Shown here: in pieces, positions 28,084 through 37,635 of the stretch
Layout of the letters: every line of letters starts with the position of its first letter
Numbering within the stretch: position 1 is the first letter of the stretch
Notes under the pieces: generated by a model
The model's input: only the letters and a program-made list of their open reading frames with translations
What the model was told of the DNA's origin: nothing
Database searches by the model: none
NCBI GenBank assembly: GCA_028702135.1
Contig: JAQVPJ010000007.1
Location: 21,782 to 85,781 of the forward strand
Direction of reading: 5' to 3'
DNA: 64,000 nucleotides
Origin: Eubacteriales bacterium
Lineage (GTDB): Bacteria; Bacillota; Clostridia; Oscillospirales; CAG-382
Made by a program: the position numbers and the translations under genes

Positions 28084-28809
28084 TCAATTTCCATACTGGA
28101 ATGGAACATACGGCAGAATAGCCCATGTAACATCATCTGCAGATATGTTTCTTGGCTCTAAGCTTCTATATCCAACGGTTGCTTTTTCACATGGATAATT
28201 TATACAATCAGAGCAAGCACTAAACTGTTTTGTAAGCAAACATTTTAACGACTCACATAACTCATTTCCATCACAGCAACAATGACAATTGGGTGTATCA
28301 CAACCAGTACAACGCATATCCCAAACGGAGCCTCCATATACAGCATTAAGATGCGGGATTAGCATTTCCCTGAATTCTTCAGTAATGCCAGTATAATGAA
28401 CGCACAAATCGCATCTGTGACCGCACTTACCATATAACGCATTTCCTTTCGGGAACGGCTTGCGATTGGGATTTTTCTTGATAAGAATAAGCTTTTTTAT
28501 CACTTCTAATTCTGCAAGCGTCGCCACATCAATAAACATCCATTTACCGTCATGATAGGTTTTGGTATTATCGTAGTGATCTTTTATGTACTGCGAAAAT
28601 TCCTCCCTAATAGCTTCGAATTTCTCTCGTTCAGCTCTGCCAAAAATAATTAGGAATGTATATTTGTCCTCACGAATATCAATCGTAACAATGGTTTTCG
28701 CTCCTTGCTTGAATTTAACTTGGTCTTTACCGTTGCCGACTTCATCCAGCTTGTACTTACCTCGCATGAATTTGACGGTTTCGTATTTAACCCTTTCAAA
28801 CTCGGTCAT
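28084..28809 (-). CDS. DUF3788-like domain + Cys-rich (DUF3795-like) domain protein
   Basis: FLIIFGRAEREKFE...TKTYHDGKWMFIDV...LILIKK; GKCGHRCDLC...CTGC...CSDCINYPC. Confidence 0.72.
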   Translation of the reverse strand: MTEFERVKYETVKFMRGKYKLDEVGNGKDQVKFKQGAKTIVTIDIREDKYTFLIIFGRAEREKFEAIREEFSQYIKDHYDNTKTYHDGKWMFIDVATLAELEVIKKLILIKKNPNRKPFPKGNALYGKCGHRCDLCVHYTGITEEFREMLIPHLNAVYGGSVWDMRCTGCDTPNCHCCCDGNELCESLKCLLTKQFSACSDCINYPCEKATVGYRSLEPRNISADDVTWAILPYVPFQYGN

Positions 28810-28830
28810 AATAAATCCTCCACTTCCATA

Positions 28831-29247
28831 TTATACCCGTTCAATCGGAATGCATATTTCAACAATACCCTCGTTAAATCGATCACCGAAAATCTCAACC
28901 ACATACTTTTTGCCGTTTATTTCTCTTTGTCGGTAGACCGCTCTGTTATCACTTAGCCATTTATCCATATTATCATTTTCGCTGTCGTAACCGTTTACCG
29001 CAACTACATCGAAAACAGCGTATTCGCTTTCGGGAATTGTCAATGTCATTAAATCGGCGTTTATAGGGTTTTCCTCTTCCACCCCCACGAAACAGTCACA
29101 GCTCTCTTCTTGGTAAAAACGCACCTCATATGAATTCTTTGTCTTATTTAGGTGCATCTTTTCAAAGCTGTTCCATAATTCTGATGTTTTGTTCCCGTCT
29201 CCAAACAATCCGACAAGGTTTAGGGTACTTATCTTTTTAATTCTCAT
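28831..29247 (-). CDS. GyrI-like small-molecule-binding domain protein
   Basis: LVG...LWNSF, IPESEYAVF, WL, EICIPI. Confidence 0.8.
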   Translation of the reverse strand: MRIKKISTLNLVGLFGDGNKTSELWNSFEKMHLNKTKNSYEVRFYQEESCDCFVGVEEENPINADLMTLTIPESEYAVFDVVAVNGYDSENDNMDKWLSDNRAVYRQREINGKKYVVEIFGDRFNEGIVEICIPIERV

Positions 29248-29289
29248 ATAATACCTCCCATTATTTACCTTATCTTACTATACTAAACT

Positions 29290-29308
29290 TGACAACTATA
29301 TGTCATAT
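29290..29308 (-). promoter_or_regulatory. WYL regulator binding site copy 2 (TGACA-N6-TGTCA)
   Basis: 19 bp identical to 30263-30281; upstream of the GyrI gene, overlapping the WYL stop codon. Confidence 0.7.
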
Positions 29309-30226
29309 ATCATAATAAAATTTGGAAATTTTCTCACTTTTTTCTTTGATAATCCGTCGGATATGCTCAGGCTCAATGACTTTGACATACGTTCCGAAGG
29401 AAAGAATATATCCATAAACCCAATCGTCTTCGGGAAAATCAACCTCAAGGGTGTATGTGCCGTCGCCATTATCATGAATTTCAGTATCATCATAATCATC
29501 ATACAGACGATATAACGCACCTTCGGTAAACTCCAAAACGCAGTGAACGGGGTTTTGCCAGCCGCCGGGATTATCTGTATCCGGCAGTTTCGGTGTATGC
29601 GAAAGGCATTCGTCCCGCTTGAATTCTTCATCAAGTATCAAAACACGCTTTATCCGTGATATGCGGAAGGTTCGAAAATCTCCGCGTTCACGGCACCAAC
29701 CCCACAGATACCACGCCTGATATTTGAAATCCAATCTGAGCGGTTCAATTTTACGGGTAGATTTTTTATTCTGTGCATTTATGTAGTCAATTTCAATAAC
29801 TAGGCATTTCATAATCGCAGTTTTTATATCAACGAATTTGTTGTAAGCGTTAGGATTTGAGCCCCAAGGGGTGAAATCCACCGTTATCCAATCTAAAACG
29901 TTGTTTTTAAATATACTTCCCAATTTTTCAAGGACAGCATCAATCTCGGGATATTTCGTTGACTGCAAGGAGTTCAGAGCAAATAAAATGCTGTTTCTGT
30001 CGCTGTCAGAGAGCATTGCACGATTTATGGTATAATCCTCCATTATGGAAATGCCGCCGTTTATACCTTTGGTTGTGTAAATCGGCACGCCTGAGGAGGA
30101 GAGTAGATCAATATCACGGTAAATTGTCCGCTGTGATACACCAAACCGAGCGGCAAGTTCCGCCGCCGTAACAGTCTTTTTATTGAGCAGTATCGTTATT
30201 ATCTCGATCATGCGATTAAGCTTCAT
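29303..30226 (-). CDS. YafY-family HTH-WYL transcriptional regulator
   Basis: ELAARFGVSQRTIYRDI HTH, RKIEPLRL...AWYLWGWC...FRTFRISRI WYL, WCX-type C-terminus; start ATG 30226. Confidence 0.93.
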   Translation of the reverse strand: MKLNRMIEIITILLNKKTVTAAELAARFGVSQRTIYRDIDLLSSSGVPIYTTKGINGGISIMEDYTINRAMLSDSDRNSILFALNSLQSTKYPEIDAVLEKLGSIFKNNVLDWITVDFTPWGSNPNAYNKFVDIKTAIMKCLVIEIDYINAQNKKSTRKIEPLRLDFKYQAWYLWGWCRERGDFRTFRISRIKRVLILDEEFKRDECLSHTPKLPDTDNPGGWQNPVHCVLEFTEGALYRLYDDYDDTEIHDNGDGTYTLEVDFPEDDWVYGYILSFGTYVKVIEPEHIRRIIKEKSEKISKFYYDI

Positions 30227-30262
30227 GAAACTCACCTCCGAGAGTAATATACCATTCATTCC

Positions 30263-30281
30263 TGACAACTATATGTCATAT
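30263..30281 (-). promoter_or_regulatory. WYL regulator binding site copy 1
   Basis: Minus strand ATATGACATATAGTTGTCA placed upstream of TGGTATATT extended -10. Confidence 0.7.
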
Positions 30282-30335
30282 TTAAATTGATTAATTGCCG
30301 CTTCCCGTGAGTGAGAAGCGGCATATTTATTTAAA

Positions 30336-31244
30336 TCACATAATATTTACGGCTGATTTTTCACATTCATACGCCGTCTTTAAAAGAACGGCAACTGTTT
30401 TGCGGTTGTCTTCTACTGTTAAGTCGATAGATTTTTTAAGATCAAATGCTTTTTGCCAGCAATCATAAACCGATTTATAAAGCGTAGCAAGCTCCGTAAG
30501 ACTATACTTGTCAAAGAACTTCCAAGCATACCACTTTAACGCTCCGAATGTGCCGAGTGCATATTCCATATTAAAGCAGGTGGCAAGTGTGGCATCTTCG
30601 CTTTCAAACATATCTATCAATCTGGGATAAGCTAAAAGTCCTTGTGCGTTTTCGCACCATTCCTCACCGTTTAGGTGAGCCTTTGCCAGTTTTAAAGTAT
30701 CTGATATGATATCATCATTGGATTTATCGGTTTTGCCGGTAATTGTAACAACATTTAGCATCGGCATTTCACGGTTGCCGAGTTTTGAATAATCCATTTC
30801 GTCAGTAGTGCCGTTGATACAAAGGGTTGCAAATTTCTGCGTTTCGTCATCGTATCCTGTTATCAGTCCCCATTCAAGAACACCGATATCCCACGCAATT
30901 ACGGGAATACCACGATCTATGCTGGCTTTTATTTTTGGTAAAGTGTTCAGCCTCGCCTGATTTAACACATTTTCAGGCTGCCAAAGACAGCAATCATATG
31001 TAGTTTCGATTCCGCCGTTTAATATCCATGTCGGTTGTCTGCCGAAATCCCATATGCTTGTCTCGCTGGGGCATAGGTCAGCTGATATCCACATCCGAAA
31101 GGCGAACCCACTTGTGGCTACAATATCCTCTGAGAGGTCACTGTAAGGACTGTTTTTCACTGCACAGGAAAGTGATTTTGCAAAGGAAAAGAGATAGCCC
31201 GTGGGGTCATAAACATCATTCCACGTAATGTTTAACTTTTTCAT
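30336..31244 (-). CDS. Hypothetical protein (possibly BtrH/papain-like fold)
   Basis: Long ORF with AGGAG RBS; SGFAFR and WGLITGYDD segments; family uncertain. Confidence 0.5.
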   Translation of the reverse strand: MKKLNITWNDVYDPTGYLFSFAKSLSCAVKNSPYSDLSEDIVATSGFAFRMWISADLCPSETSIWDFGRQPTWILNGGIETTYDCCLWQPENVLNQARLNTLPKIKASIDRGIPVIAWDIGVLEWGLITGYDDETQKFATLCINGTTDEMDYSKLGNREMPMLNVVTITGKTDKSNDDIISDTLKLAKAHLNGEEWCENAQGLLAYPRLIDMFESEDATLATCFNMEYALGTFGALKWYAWKFFDKYSLTELATLYKSVYDCWQKAFDLKKSIDLTVEDNRKTVAVLLKTAYECEKSAVNIM

Positions 31245-31259
31245 TAACAACACTCCTTT

Positions 31260-33428
31260 TTAAAATATATGGCTCAAGCCGGTATAATTGAAATTTATCG
31301 GTTTAACTCCGTTTACAAAGCGTATGTAATATGTCTTCGTTAACTCATCAACATCCTCAATAATACCTTCTCCGAAAACCTTGTGACGAATTTGATTTCC
31401 TTTTTTATAGATAGTCACCTTTACACCACTAAATTCTCTTGCCTGATATGCGGATTGCACTTTAATATCTTCGGGTACTTCACCTACCATATCAAGCAGG
31501 CTTTTATCTATATCAAATAAAAACCTTGACGGTACTTTGCTATACCCTTTGACTCCGAAACCTTCACTTTCGGTAAAATACAGATTTTTCTTTGCTCTTG
31601 TAATTGCAACAAAACAAAGTCGGCGTTCTTCCTCCAGAGCATCGTTTTTGCGTTCCTCTAAACTTCTTGCAGAGGGGAAAATACCTTCGGTAAGACCAAC
31701 TAAAAATACATTATCGAATTCCAGTCCTTTAGCAGTGTGAACAGTCATTATTTTTACGCAGTCGGATTTATCCTCAATATCGCTATCCCTTAAAAGAGTA
31801 ATCATCTGCAAAAAATTTGCCAAAGATAAGTGCTCGCCAAACTCTGTTTCCTGTGTTACTATGCTGCGTAAAAGCTCGGACACATTATCAAGTCTTTCTA
31901 TGTCGCCGCTCTCTCTTATATACAGCTCGTAACCCGTAAGCTTCATGATTTTTTGTAAAAGCTCTGAAACTGAAAGAGTGTCTGCCTGTTCCTTAAGCTC
32001 TTCAATTGAAGTTAAAAACTCTTTGGCTTTACATCCTTTAAAGGCTTCCAGACAAACGCATTTCGTTAAAGCATTATAAAGGGATGTGCCGTTATTCTTG
32101 GCGTAATTTTTTATAATATCAATCTTGATTTTACCGATTTTCCGCCTTGGTGTGTTAATGACTCTTAAAAATGACAAGTCATCATCCGTATTATTGACTA
32201 ACCTCATATAGGAAATGACATCTTTAATTTCGGCGCGTTCATAAAAGCCTATCCCGCCGTAAATCACATAGGGAACATTTGCGTTTAAAAATCCCTGTTC
32301 AACAAATCTCGATACATAATTTGAACGGTAAAGCACAGCAAAATCAGCATATTTTCCGCCGCTTTCCTTATGTTTTATAATTTTCTCACAGATAAATTTG
32401 ATTTCTTCTTTATCATTTTTCGCATGATAATATACGACAGTTTGTCCACCTTGTTTTTGGGTGAACAAATCTTTTTTTACACGGTTATTGTTTTTTTCAA
32501 TCAGTGAATTTGCAACTGCTAAAATAGGTTTTGTGCTGCGGTAATTCTCACTCATAATAATATCTTTGCATTTTATATCAAACTGATTTTCAAAACACTG
32601 ATTATTAAGCCAATCCTCAAAATCGACAAGAACGCTCATATTTGCGCCGCGCCATTCGTAGATGTTTTGATCAGGGTCCCCGACAACGAATAAATTTCTA
32701 TTTTTTTCACTTATTCTGCGAATAAGCTTAAACTCTTTTGCGGTTATATCTTGAAATTCATCTACCATTATGTAGTGAAGGTGTTTTTGCCACTTCTCTA
32801 AAACATCGGGAAAGGTTCTGAAAATATATATTGTAAAGTTTATAAGGTCAAAAAAGTCAAGTCCGAAATATTTACGTTGCTTTTTTATATAACGAAAGAT
32901 TATCTCATCCGATTTTTTATCTGAAGTGAGAGTGTCATAATCAAAATCAGGATCGGAAAGATACTCAACATAGGTGATGAGATTTTTATAATAGCGAATT
33001 TGGTCTATCATAAACTTAAAGCTTGCGGTATCCATTTTGATGCCCATCTCATCATACACTTCTTCAAGTATTTTTTTCTGATCGATGCTGTCAAGAACAA
33101 TAAAGTTTTCTGGATAAAACAGCTTTGAAATATCCTCCCGTAAAATACGGGTGCAAAAGGCGTGAAGTGTTGCGACGAAAGATGTGTCAAACTCCTCACC
33201 AAGCATAAATTTGATGCGTTTTTTCATCTCATTTGCAGCTTTGTTGGTGAAAGTGATACATAGGATATTTGACGGTGATATACCAAGCTCGTTTACTATA
33301 TATGCATATCGGTGGGTAAGTGCTTTGGTCTTTCCTGCACCTGCACCGGCTATTACTCTAACAAATCCCTCGGTCGAAGTAACCGCCTCTTTTTGAACTT
33401 CATTTAAGCCTTTCAAAATATCTGTCAT
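31260..33428 (-). CDS. UvrD/PcrA-family SF1 DNA helicase (probably an accessory copy)
   Basis: AGAGAGKT, TFTNKAA, MVDEFQD, GDPDQNIY, NYRST, MTVHTAKGLEF, EERRLCFVAITRAK. Confidence 0.93.
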   Translation of the reverse strand: MTDILKGLNEVQKEAVTSTEGFVRVIAGAGAGKTKALTHRYAYIVNELGISPSNILCITFTNKAANEMKKRIKFMLGEEFDTSFVATLHAFCTRILREDISKLFYPENFIVLDSIDQKKILEEVYDEMGIKMDTASFKFMIDQIRYYKNLITYVEYLSDPDFDYDTLTSDKKSDEIIFRYIKKQRKYFGLDFFDLINFTIYIFRTFPDVLEKWQKHLHYIMVDEFQDITAKEFKLIRRISEKNRNLFVVGDPDQNIYEWRGANMSVLVDFEDWLNNQCFENQFDIKCKDIIMSENYRSTKPILAVANSLIEKNNNRVKKDLFTQKQGGQTVVYYHAKNDKEEIKFICEKIIKHKESGGKYADFAVLYRSNYVSRFVEQGFLNANVPYVIYGGIGFYERAEIKDVISYMRLVNNTDDDLSFLRVINTPRRKIGKIKIDIIKNYAKNNGTSLYNALTKCVCLEAFKGCKAKEFLTSIEELKEQADTLSVSELLQKIMKLTGYELYIRESGDIERLDNVSELLRSIVTQETEFGEHLSLANFLQMITLLRDSDIEDKSDCVKIMTVHTAKGLEFDNVFLVGLTEGIFPSARSLEERKNDALEEERRLCFVAITRAKKNLYFTESEGFGVKGYSKVPSRFLFDIDKSLLDMVGEVPEDIKVQSAYQAREFSGVKVTIYKKGNQIRHKVFGEGIIEDVDELTKTYYIRFVNGVKPINFNYTGLSHIF

Positions 33429-34258
33429 TTTATTTTCCTCTCAATCGGGATATAAATATCCTCAGAAAAGATACGGCTTTGTTCTACATAACACTCAAAT
33501 TGATATCCGCCTGTATATTTATAATCACTTTGTGGTAGCCATTTATTACAAATGTAATTCCATGTTTTATGTATGGTATTTACAAAGTTACTGTGGGTTG
33601 TTGGCGGAGTTGGGAATAATGCATGCAAGCCACCGCTTATCAGTAACTCGTGTGTATTTGATATATCACCATTAGCTTGTTGTGTTTTAATGCCTATATA
33701 GTAATCAAGCTTTTTGTCATTTTCATTCCATACACAAACACCGTAATCCATAACAGTTCTTCCCCCCGATAATTTTAATGATAACTTTTTAGCATTATAT
33801 CTATTCCAAAAATTCGGGGTATAATCTTCATCACTTTTATAAACCGTTAATTTTATACTTGGGAGAGACACTATTTTAGCTGTAACAGAAAAATCTGTTG
33901 TTTCAAAGGCAATACGCTCATATGATTTCAAGCTGTTTTCTACTTTTTTGTATTCGGTGGGTAAAATATGGTGTTCTGATTTAAAGGCACGTATAAAATT
34001 TTCCTTGGAATTAAAGCCATACTTATAGGCAATATCTGAAATGAATTCATTCCCTTTTACAATTTCTTTTGCAATCTCAGAGAGTCTTCGTTTTCGAATA
34101 TAATCGGCAGGAGTAAGTTCTGTTACATATTTAAACACACGCAAAAAGTGGTACTGCGAATAACCGCTTACTTTCGCACAAGCAGCTAAATCAATATCCT
34201 GTTGCAGATTTTCTTCAATGTAGTCAATCGCCTTTTGAATGTGTTTTAAATATTCCAT
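33425..34258 (-). CDS. AraC-family regulator with GyrI-like effector domain
   Basis: AIDYIEENL, YIRKRRLSE, YGFNSKENFIRAFK; C-terminal WLPQSDY...ECY...DIYIPI. Confidence 0.9.
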   Translation of the reverse strand: MEYLKHIQKAIDYIEENLQQDIDLAACAKVSGYSQYHFLRVFKYVTELTPADYIRKRRLSEIAKEIVKGNEFISDIAYKYGFNSKENFIRAFKSEHHILPTEYKKVENSLKSYERIAFETTDFSVTAKIVSLPSIKLTVYKSDEDYTPNFWNRYNAKKLSLKLSGGRTVMDYGVCVWNENDKKLDYYIGIKTQQANGDISNTHELLISGGLHALFPTPPTTHSNFVNTIHKTWNYICNKWLPQSDYKYTGGYQFECYVEQSRIFSEDIYIPIERKIK

Positions 34259-34366
34259 ATTATTTGCTCATTATATCCTTATTACAGTATTGATGATTGA
34301 TAAAAATTGCTGAATTAAGTTTTCGCAACATTTGAGTTGTTTAATATCAAAAATTGTCATAACCAA

Positions 34367-35386
34367 TTATTTTATACAACTCTGCCAAACAGTTGCTTTT
34401 CCATCGGCGAACTCAACATTACCAATCGAACCATTAATAACCTGCATTAGCGGCGGGACATGGCCAATGTCGGCATCGTAGATAACCGGTACATCTAAGC
34501 TGCCAAGCCCCTGATTCAGAGCGTCAAGCAAAGTGAAGTCGCGTTTATCATTATATCCGTCCGGGCGGCCTATAATTATGCCTTTACAATATTTGAACCA
34601 TCCTACCTCACGCATTTGCCAGAATGTCCGATAAATATCCGGTGCAGCCATCTCGCAGCTTTCCAGCGTCCAGATAATGCCGTCGTTTTTATACTTCAGC
34701 AAAAACGCATCAACCGAAGCAAAACGGGTACCAAGCAGTTTGCACAGAGTATCCATACAACCGCCGATCATTCTGCCCCTAAAAGAAACGTTAGTGTTGT
34801 CCTGTAGTGACTTCCACGAAGAAGGATTATTAAGCCTGTATATTTCCTGCGTAAAATCATCCCAACTCGTATACCCGCTCCATTTATCCCAGCTTTTCTG
34901 TTCAGTTTCAAGATTAGACATAACATAAAAAGCACGTAAATCCGCTTCATGTATGCGGGCATACCCCATATTCAAAAGGTTCGAGCCGTGAACTGTGGCA
35001 ATATCGCTTTTTATAGTCAGCGTAAAGGTGAATGTGCTAACATCAGAATAACCGCAAACCCATTTTACAGGCAAGTACGCTATCCTCTCAAAGTCTAAGA
35101 ACGGCAGCATATCCATCAAAAACTCGCCTCCCCACGGAGGCATGATGACGGCAACATCAGGATTTTCATATAGGCTCATAAATTCCGACGCACGGGTCGC
35201 ACTGTCTGCGCTTACGCACTTGATAGCACTACGAGCCGAAGCGGTTTCAATTACGTTATAACCCAAAGCCTTAATATTAGATATGGCATTATCAAGTCGG
35301 GTTGACAATACTTCGCCCGGTGCTCCGGTAGACGGCGCACAAATGCCAATGGTATCGCCCTTTTTTAGTAGCTGTGGATATTTCAT
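34367..35386 (-). CDS. S66 family LD-carboxypeptidase / MccF-like
   Basis: LKKGDTIGICAPS, GGE, GYSD catalytic Ser, GGCMDT, LESCE, GHVPP. Confidence 0.9.
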   Translation of the reverse strand: MKYPQLLKKGDTIGICAPSTGAPGEVLSTRLDNAISNIKALGYNVIETASARSAIKCVSADSATRASEFMSLYENPDVAVIMPPWGGEFLMDMLPFLDFERIAYLPVKWVCGYSDVSTFTFTLTIKSDIATVHGSNLLNMGYARIHEADLRAFYVMSNLETEQKSWDKWSGYTSWDDFTQEIYRLNNPSSWKSLQDNTNVSFRGRMIGGCMDTLCKLLGTRFASVDAFLLKYKNDGIIWTLESCEMAAPDIYRTFWQMREVGWFKYCKGIIIGRPDGYNDKRDFTLLDALNQGLGSLDVPVIYDADIGHVPPLMQVINGSIGNVEFADGKATVWQSCIK

Positions 35387-35620
35387 TATATTAACCCCTA
35401 TTTATAAGTCATTTCATCAGAGATTCATACAGTTTATTGCACTTTCATGGTCACATCTTCCTAATAGATTTGTGCCTATTATATCAAGCCATATAAAAAA
35501 TTACAACAGTATTATCACGATTGAAAAAATATTAAAACAATATTTTGCAAAAGTGTGCTTTCGTACCATAAATTATGTTATAATGCGAACATTACGAATA
35601 TACAAAAAACGGAGGTAAGT

Positions 35621-36592
35621 ATGATAAGCTACCGAAAAGCAAACGCAGAGGATATATATCCTGCTCTTGAACTCGCATTAAAGGTATTTATGGAGTATAA
35701 TGCGCCGGGCTATGAGCCGATTTCAATTCTTAATTTCAAGACGGACTGCGTTGACAATCAAAGCTATATCGATAGCCTTAAATCAGGCGAAAACGTAATG
35801 TTTGTCGCATTATCGGACAAGAAAATCATAGGTATGGCAGCAGAACGGAAAGGGCATGTATGGCTGTTATTCGTAGATGGAGCGTTCCATCGGCAAGGTA
35901 TTGCGACAACTCTGATGGGTAATATTGTCTGTGCTCTTAAACTGAAAGGGTACGATAAAATTTTTCTTGATTCATCGCCATATGCCATACCGTTTTATTT
36001 AAACTTTGGTTTTAGTCAGATAGGAGAAGCGAAGAATAAGTACGGTTGCATTGTTACCCCAATGTCTTACCAGCCAAACGAAATTTGGGATGTACTCGAC
36101 GAGCATTGGAATAAGACCGGACGTTATCATGAGCGCGGCAGGAAAATGCCAGCAGGAGATTATCACCTTGTCGTTCATGCGTGGAAGCACAATGGAAGGG
36201 GCGAATGGCTGATCGATAGACGTTCGCAGACAAGAGGTACAAGTGTAGACGGAAAATGGGAAACCACAGGCGGCTCTGCTATCGCAGGTGATGACGGTTT
36301 AACCGCCGCTCTGCGTGAAACCAAAGAGGAATTAGGTATAGACCTCAACCCGCAAAAAGCAACATTGTTCCATAGAACTGTCCGTCAAGGAAATGACGGA
36401 CAAATCTGGCTTCAGGAAGCATGGGTTTTCGAGTGGAATGGTAGTATCGATGAAATCAGCTTTCAAGAAAGCGAAACCTGCGATGCAATGTGGGCATCTT
36501 CCGAAAAAATTCGTAATATGATGGCAACGGGCGAATTTTTAAGCGAATGGTTTTATCCTTATTTTGACGAAATGGTAGAAAAATGGGGATAA
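35621..36592 (+). CDS. GNAT acetyltransferase - NUDIX hydrolase fusion
   Basis: FVDGAFHRQGIAT...AIPFYLNFGF then GGSAIAGDDGLTAALRETKEELG Nudix box; start ATG 35621 after GGAGG. Confidence 0.88.
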   Translation: MISYRKANAEDIYPALELALKVFMEYNAPGYEPISILNFKTDCVDNQSYIDSLKSGENVMFVALSDKKIIGMAAERKGHVWLLFVDGAFHRQGIATTLMGNIVCALKLKGYDKIFLDSSPYAIPFYLNFGFSQIGEAKNKYGCIVTPMSYQPNEIWDVLDEHWNKTGRYHERGRKMPAGDYHLVVHAWKHNGRGEWLIDRRSQTRGTSVDGKWETTGGSAIAGDDGLTAALRETKEELGIDLNPQKATLFHRTVRQGNDGQIWLQEAWVFEWNGSIDEISFQESETCDAMWASSEKIRNMMATGEFLSEWFYPYFDEMVEKWG

Positions 36593-36657
36593 TCCGCATA
36601 CATTTTACCATATAAAAAGAAGCCTGCATATAGCGGCTCCTTCTAAATTTTTTATTC

Positions 36658-37527
36658 TTAAACCTTTTTCTTAACGGGAATCCACATTTCGGAATAATAA
36701 TTCTTGTCCCGTGTGCCATCCGGGTATTTTGTGGGATCGTCATATAGCTCAATACAGTAACCGGCAGCTATTTCATATTCCCTGCAGGCGGGAAGCCATT
36801 CGGAGAAAACCTTGCTGTTTAAATCCTGAAAAGCTGTCGGCATGGGGCCTTTACACGGGAAAATTGCCCAGCTGTAAGCCGGTATCACTTTAGTGACACA
36901 TCCTTCGGGAATATCCGCCGCCGGATTGTAATTATCGGCGATAAGATATTCAAAGGTGTCGCCTGTCATGTTTTTATCATGGTTGATACCGTACATACCG
37001 CAGATAAACTTGCCGTTTCCCGCAGCGTAATGATCGTTCCAGAACTTCGGAACCTCAGTTTTCGCATCTTCGTACTTGAATGTTTTTGATACACCGATGA
37101 CTGTAAAGCTGTCCTTTTGATTGATTTTGTAGTCCATAAGATAACCACCTTCCAATGCTATTTTTATTTTCAGCGGTGCGAAGGATTTCAGCATTGCATC
37201 TTCCTTTCGCACAAACGAAGGAGTGACTCCGTGGAAACGGGTGAAAGCCTTCGTAAAGCTGTCAGGGGAATCATAGCCATACTTCAAGGCGATATCTATC
37301 ACCTTGACATCTGAGGATACAAGCTCGCTCCCGGCAAGAGCGAGTCTGCGTTTGCGGATGTATTCCATAACAGTATAACCGCAGAACATCGCAAAACTCT
37401 TCTGAAAGTAAAAAGGCGAAATGTTTACCTGTTCTGCGATGCTGTTTATGGATATATCTTCGGTAATATGATCCTCGATGTACCGGATTGCCCTGCTGAT
37501 CGACTCCATCCATTCCATGCTTTCCAC
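36658..37527 (-). CDS. AraC-family regulator with GyrI-like effector domain
   Basis: AIRYIEDH, EYIRKRRL, YGYDSPDSFTKAFTRFHG; SEWLP...IELY...EMWIPV. Confidence 0.92.
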   Translation of the reverse strand: MESMEWMESISRAIRYIEDHITEDISINSIAEQVNISPFYFQKSFAMFCGYTVMEYIRKRRLALAGSELVSSDVKVIDIALKYGYDSPDSFTKAFTRFHGVTPSFVRKEDAMLKSFAPLKIKIALEGGYLMDYKINQKDSFTVIGVSKTFKYEDAKTEVPKFWNDHYAAGNGKFICGMYGINHDKNMTGDTFEYLIADNYNPAADIPEGCVTKVIPAYSWAIFPCKGPMPTAFQDLNSKVFSEWLPACREYEIAAGYCIELYDDPTKYPDGTRDKNYYSEMWIPVKKKV

Positions 37528-37600
37528 CTCCTGCTGTAAAAGCAGTATATCAGAACGTTAAAATGTTTACCCGCCTTTCCGTGTCATCTTTTATCCTAAA

Positions 37601-37629
37601 AAGCGCGTCCTTTGAAAAAAGACGCGCTT
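37601..37629. terminator. Intrinsic terminator-like hairpin after the lipoprotein gene
   Basis: AAGCGCGTC/GACGCGCTT 9-bp stem. Confidence 0.65.
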
Positions 37630-37635
37630 CATTTA

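Noticed and set aside
22537-35386. Integron-like cassette array with attC sites
   Set aside because: Genes overlap or abut, with no repeated imperfect palindromes between them and no IntI gene
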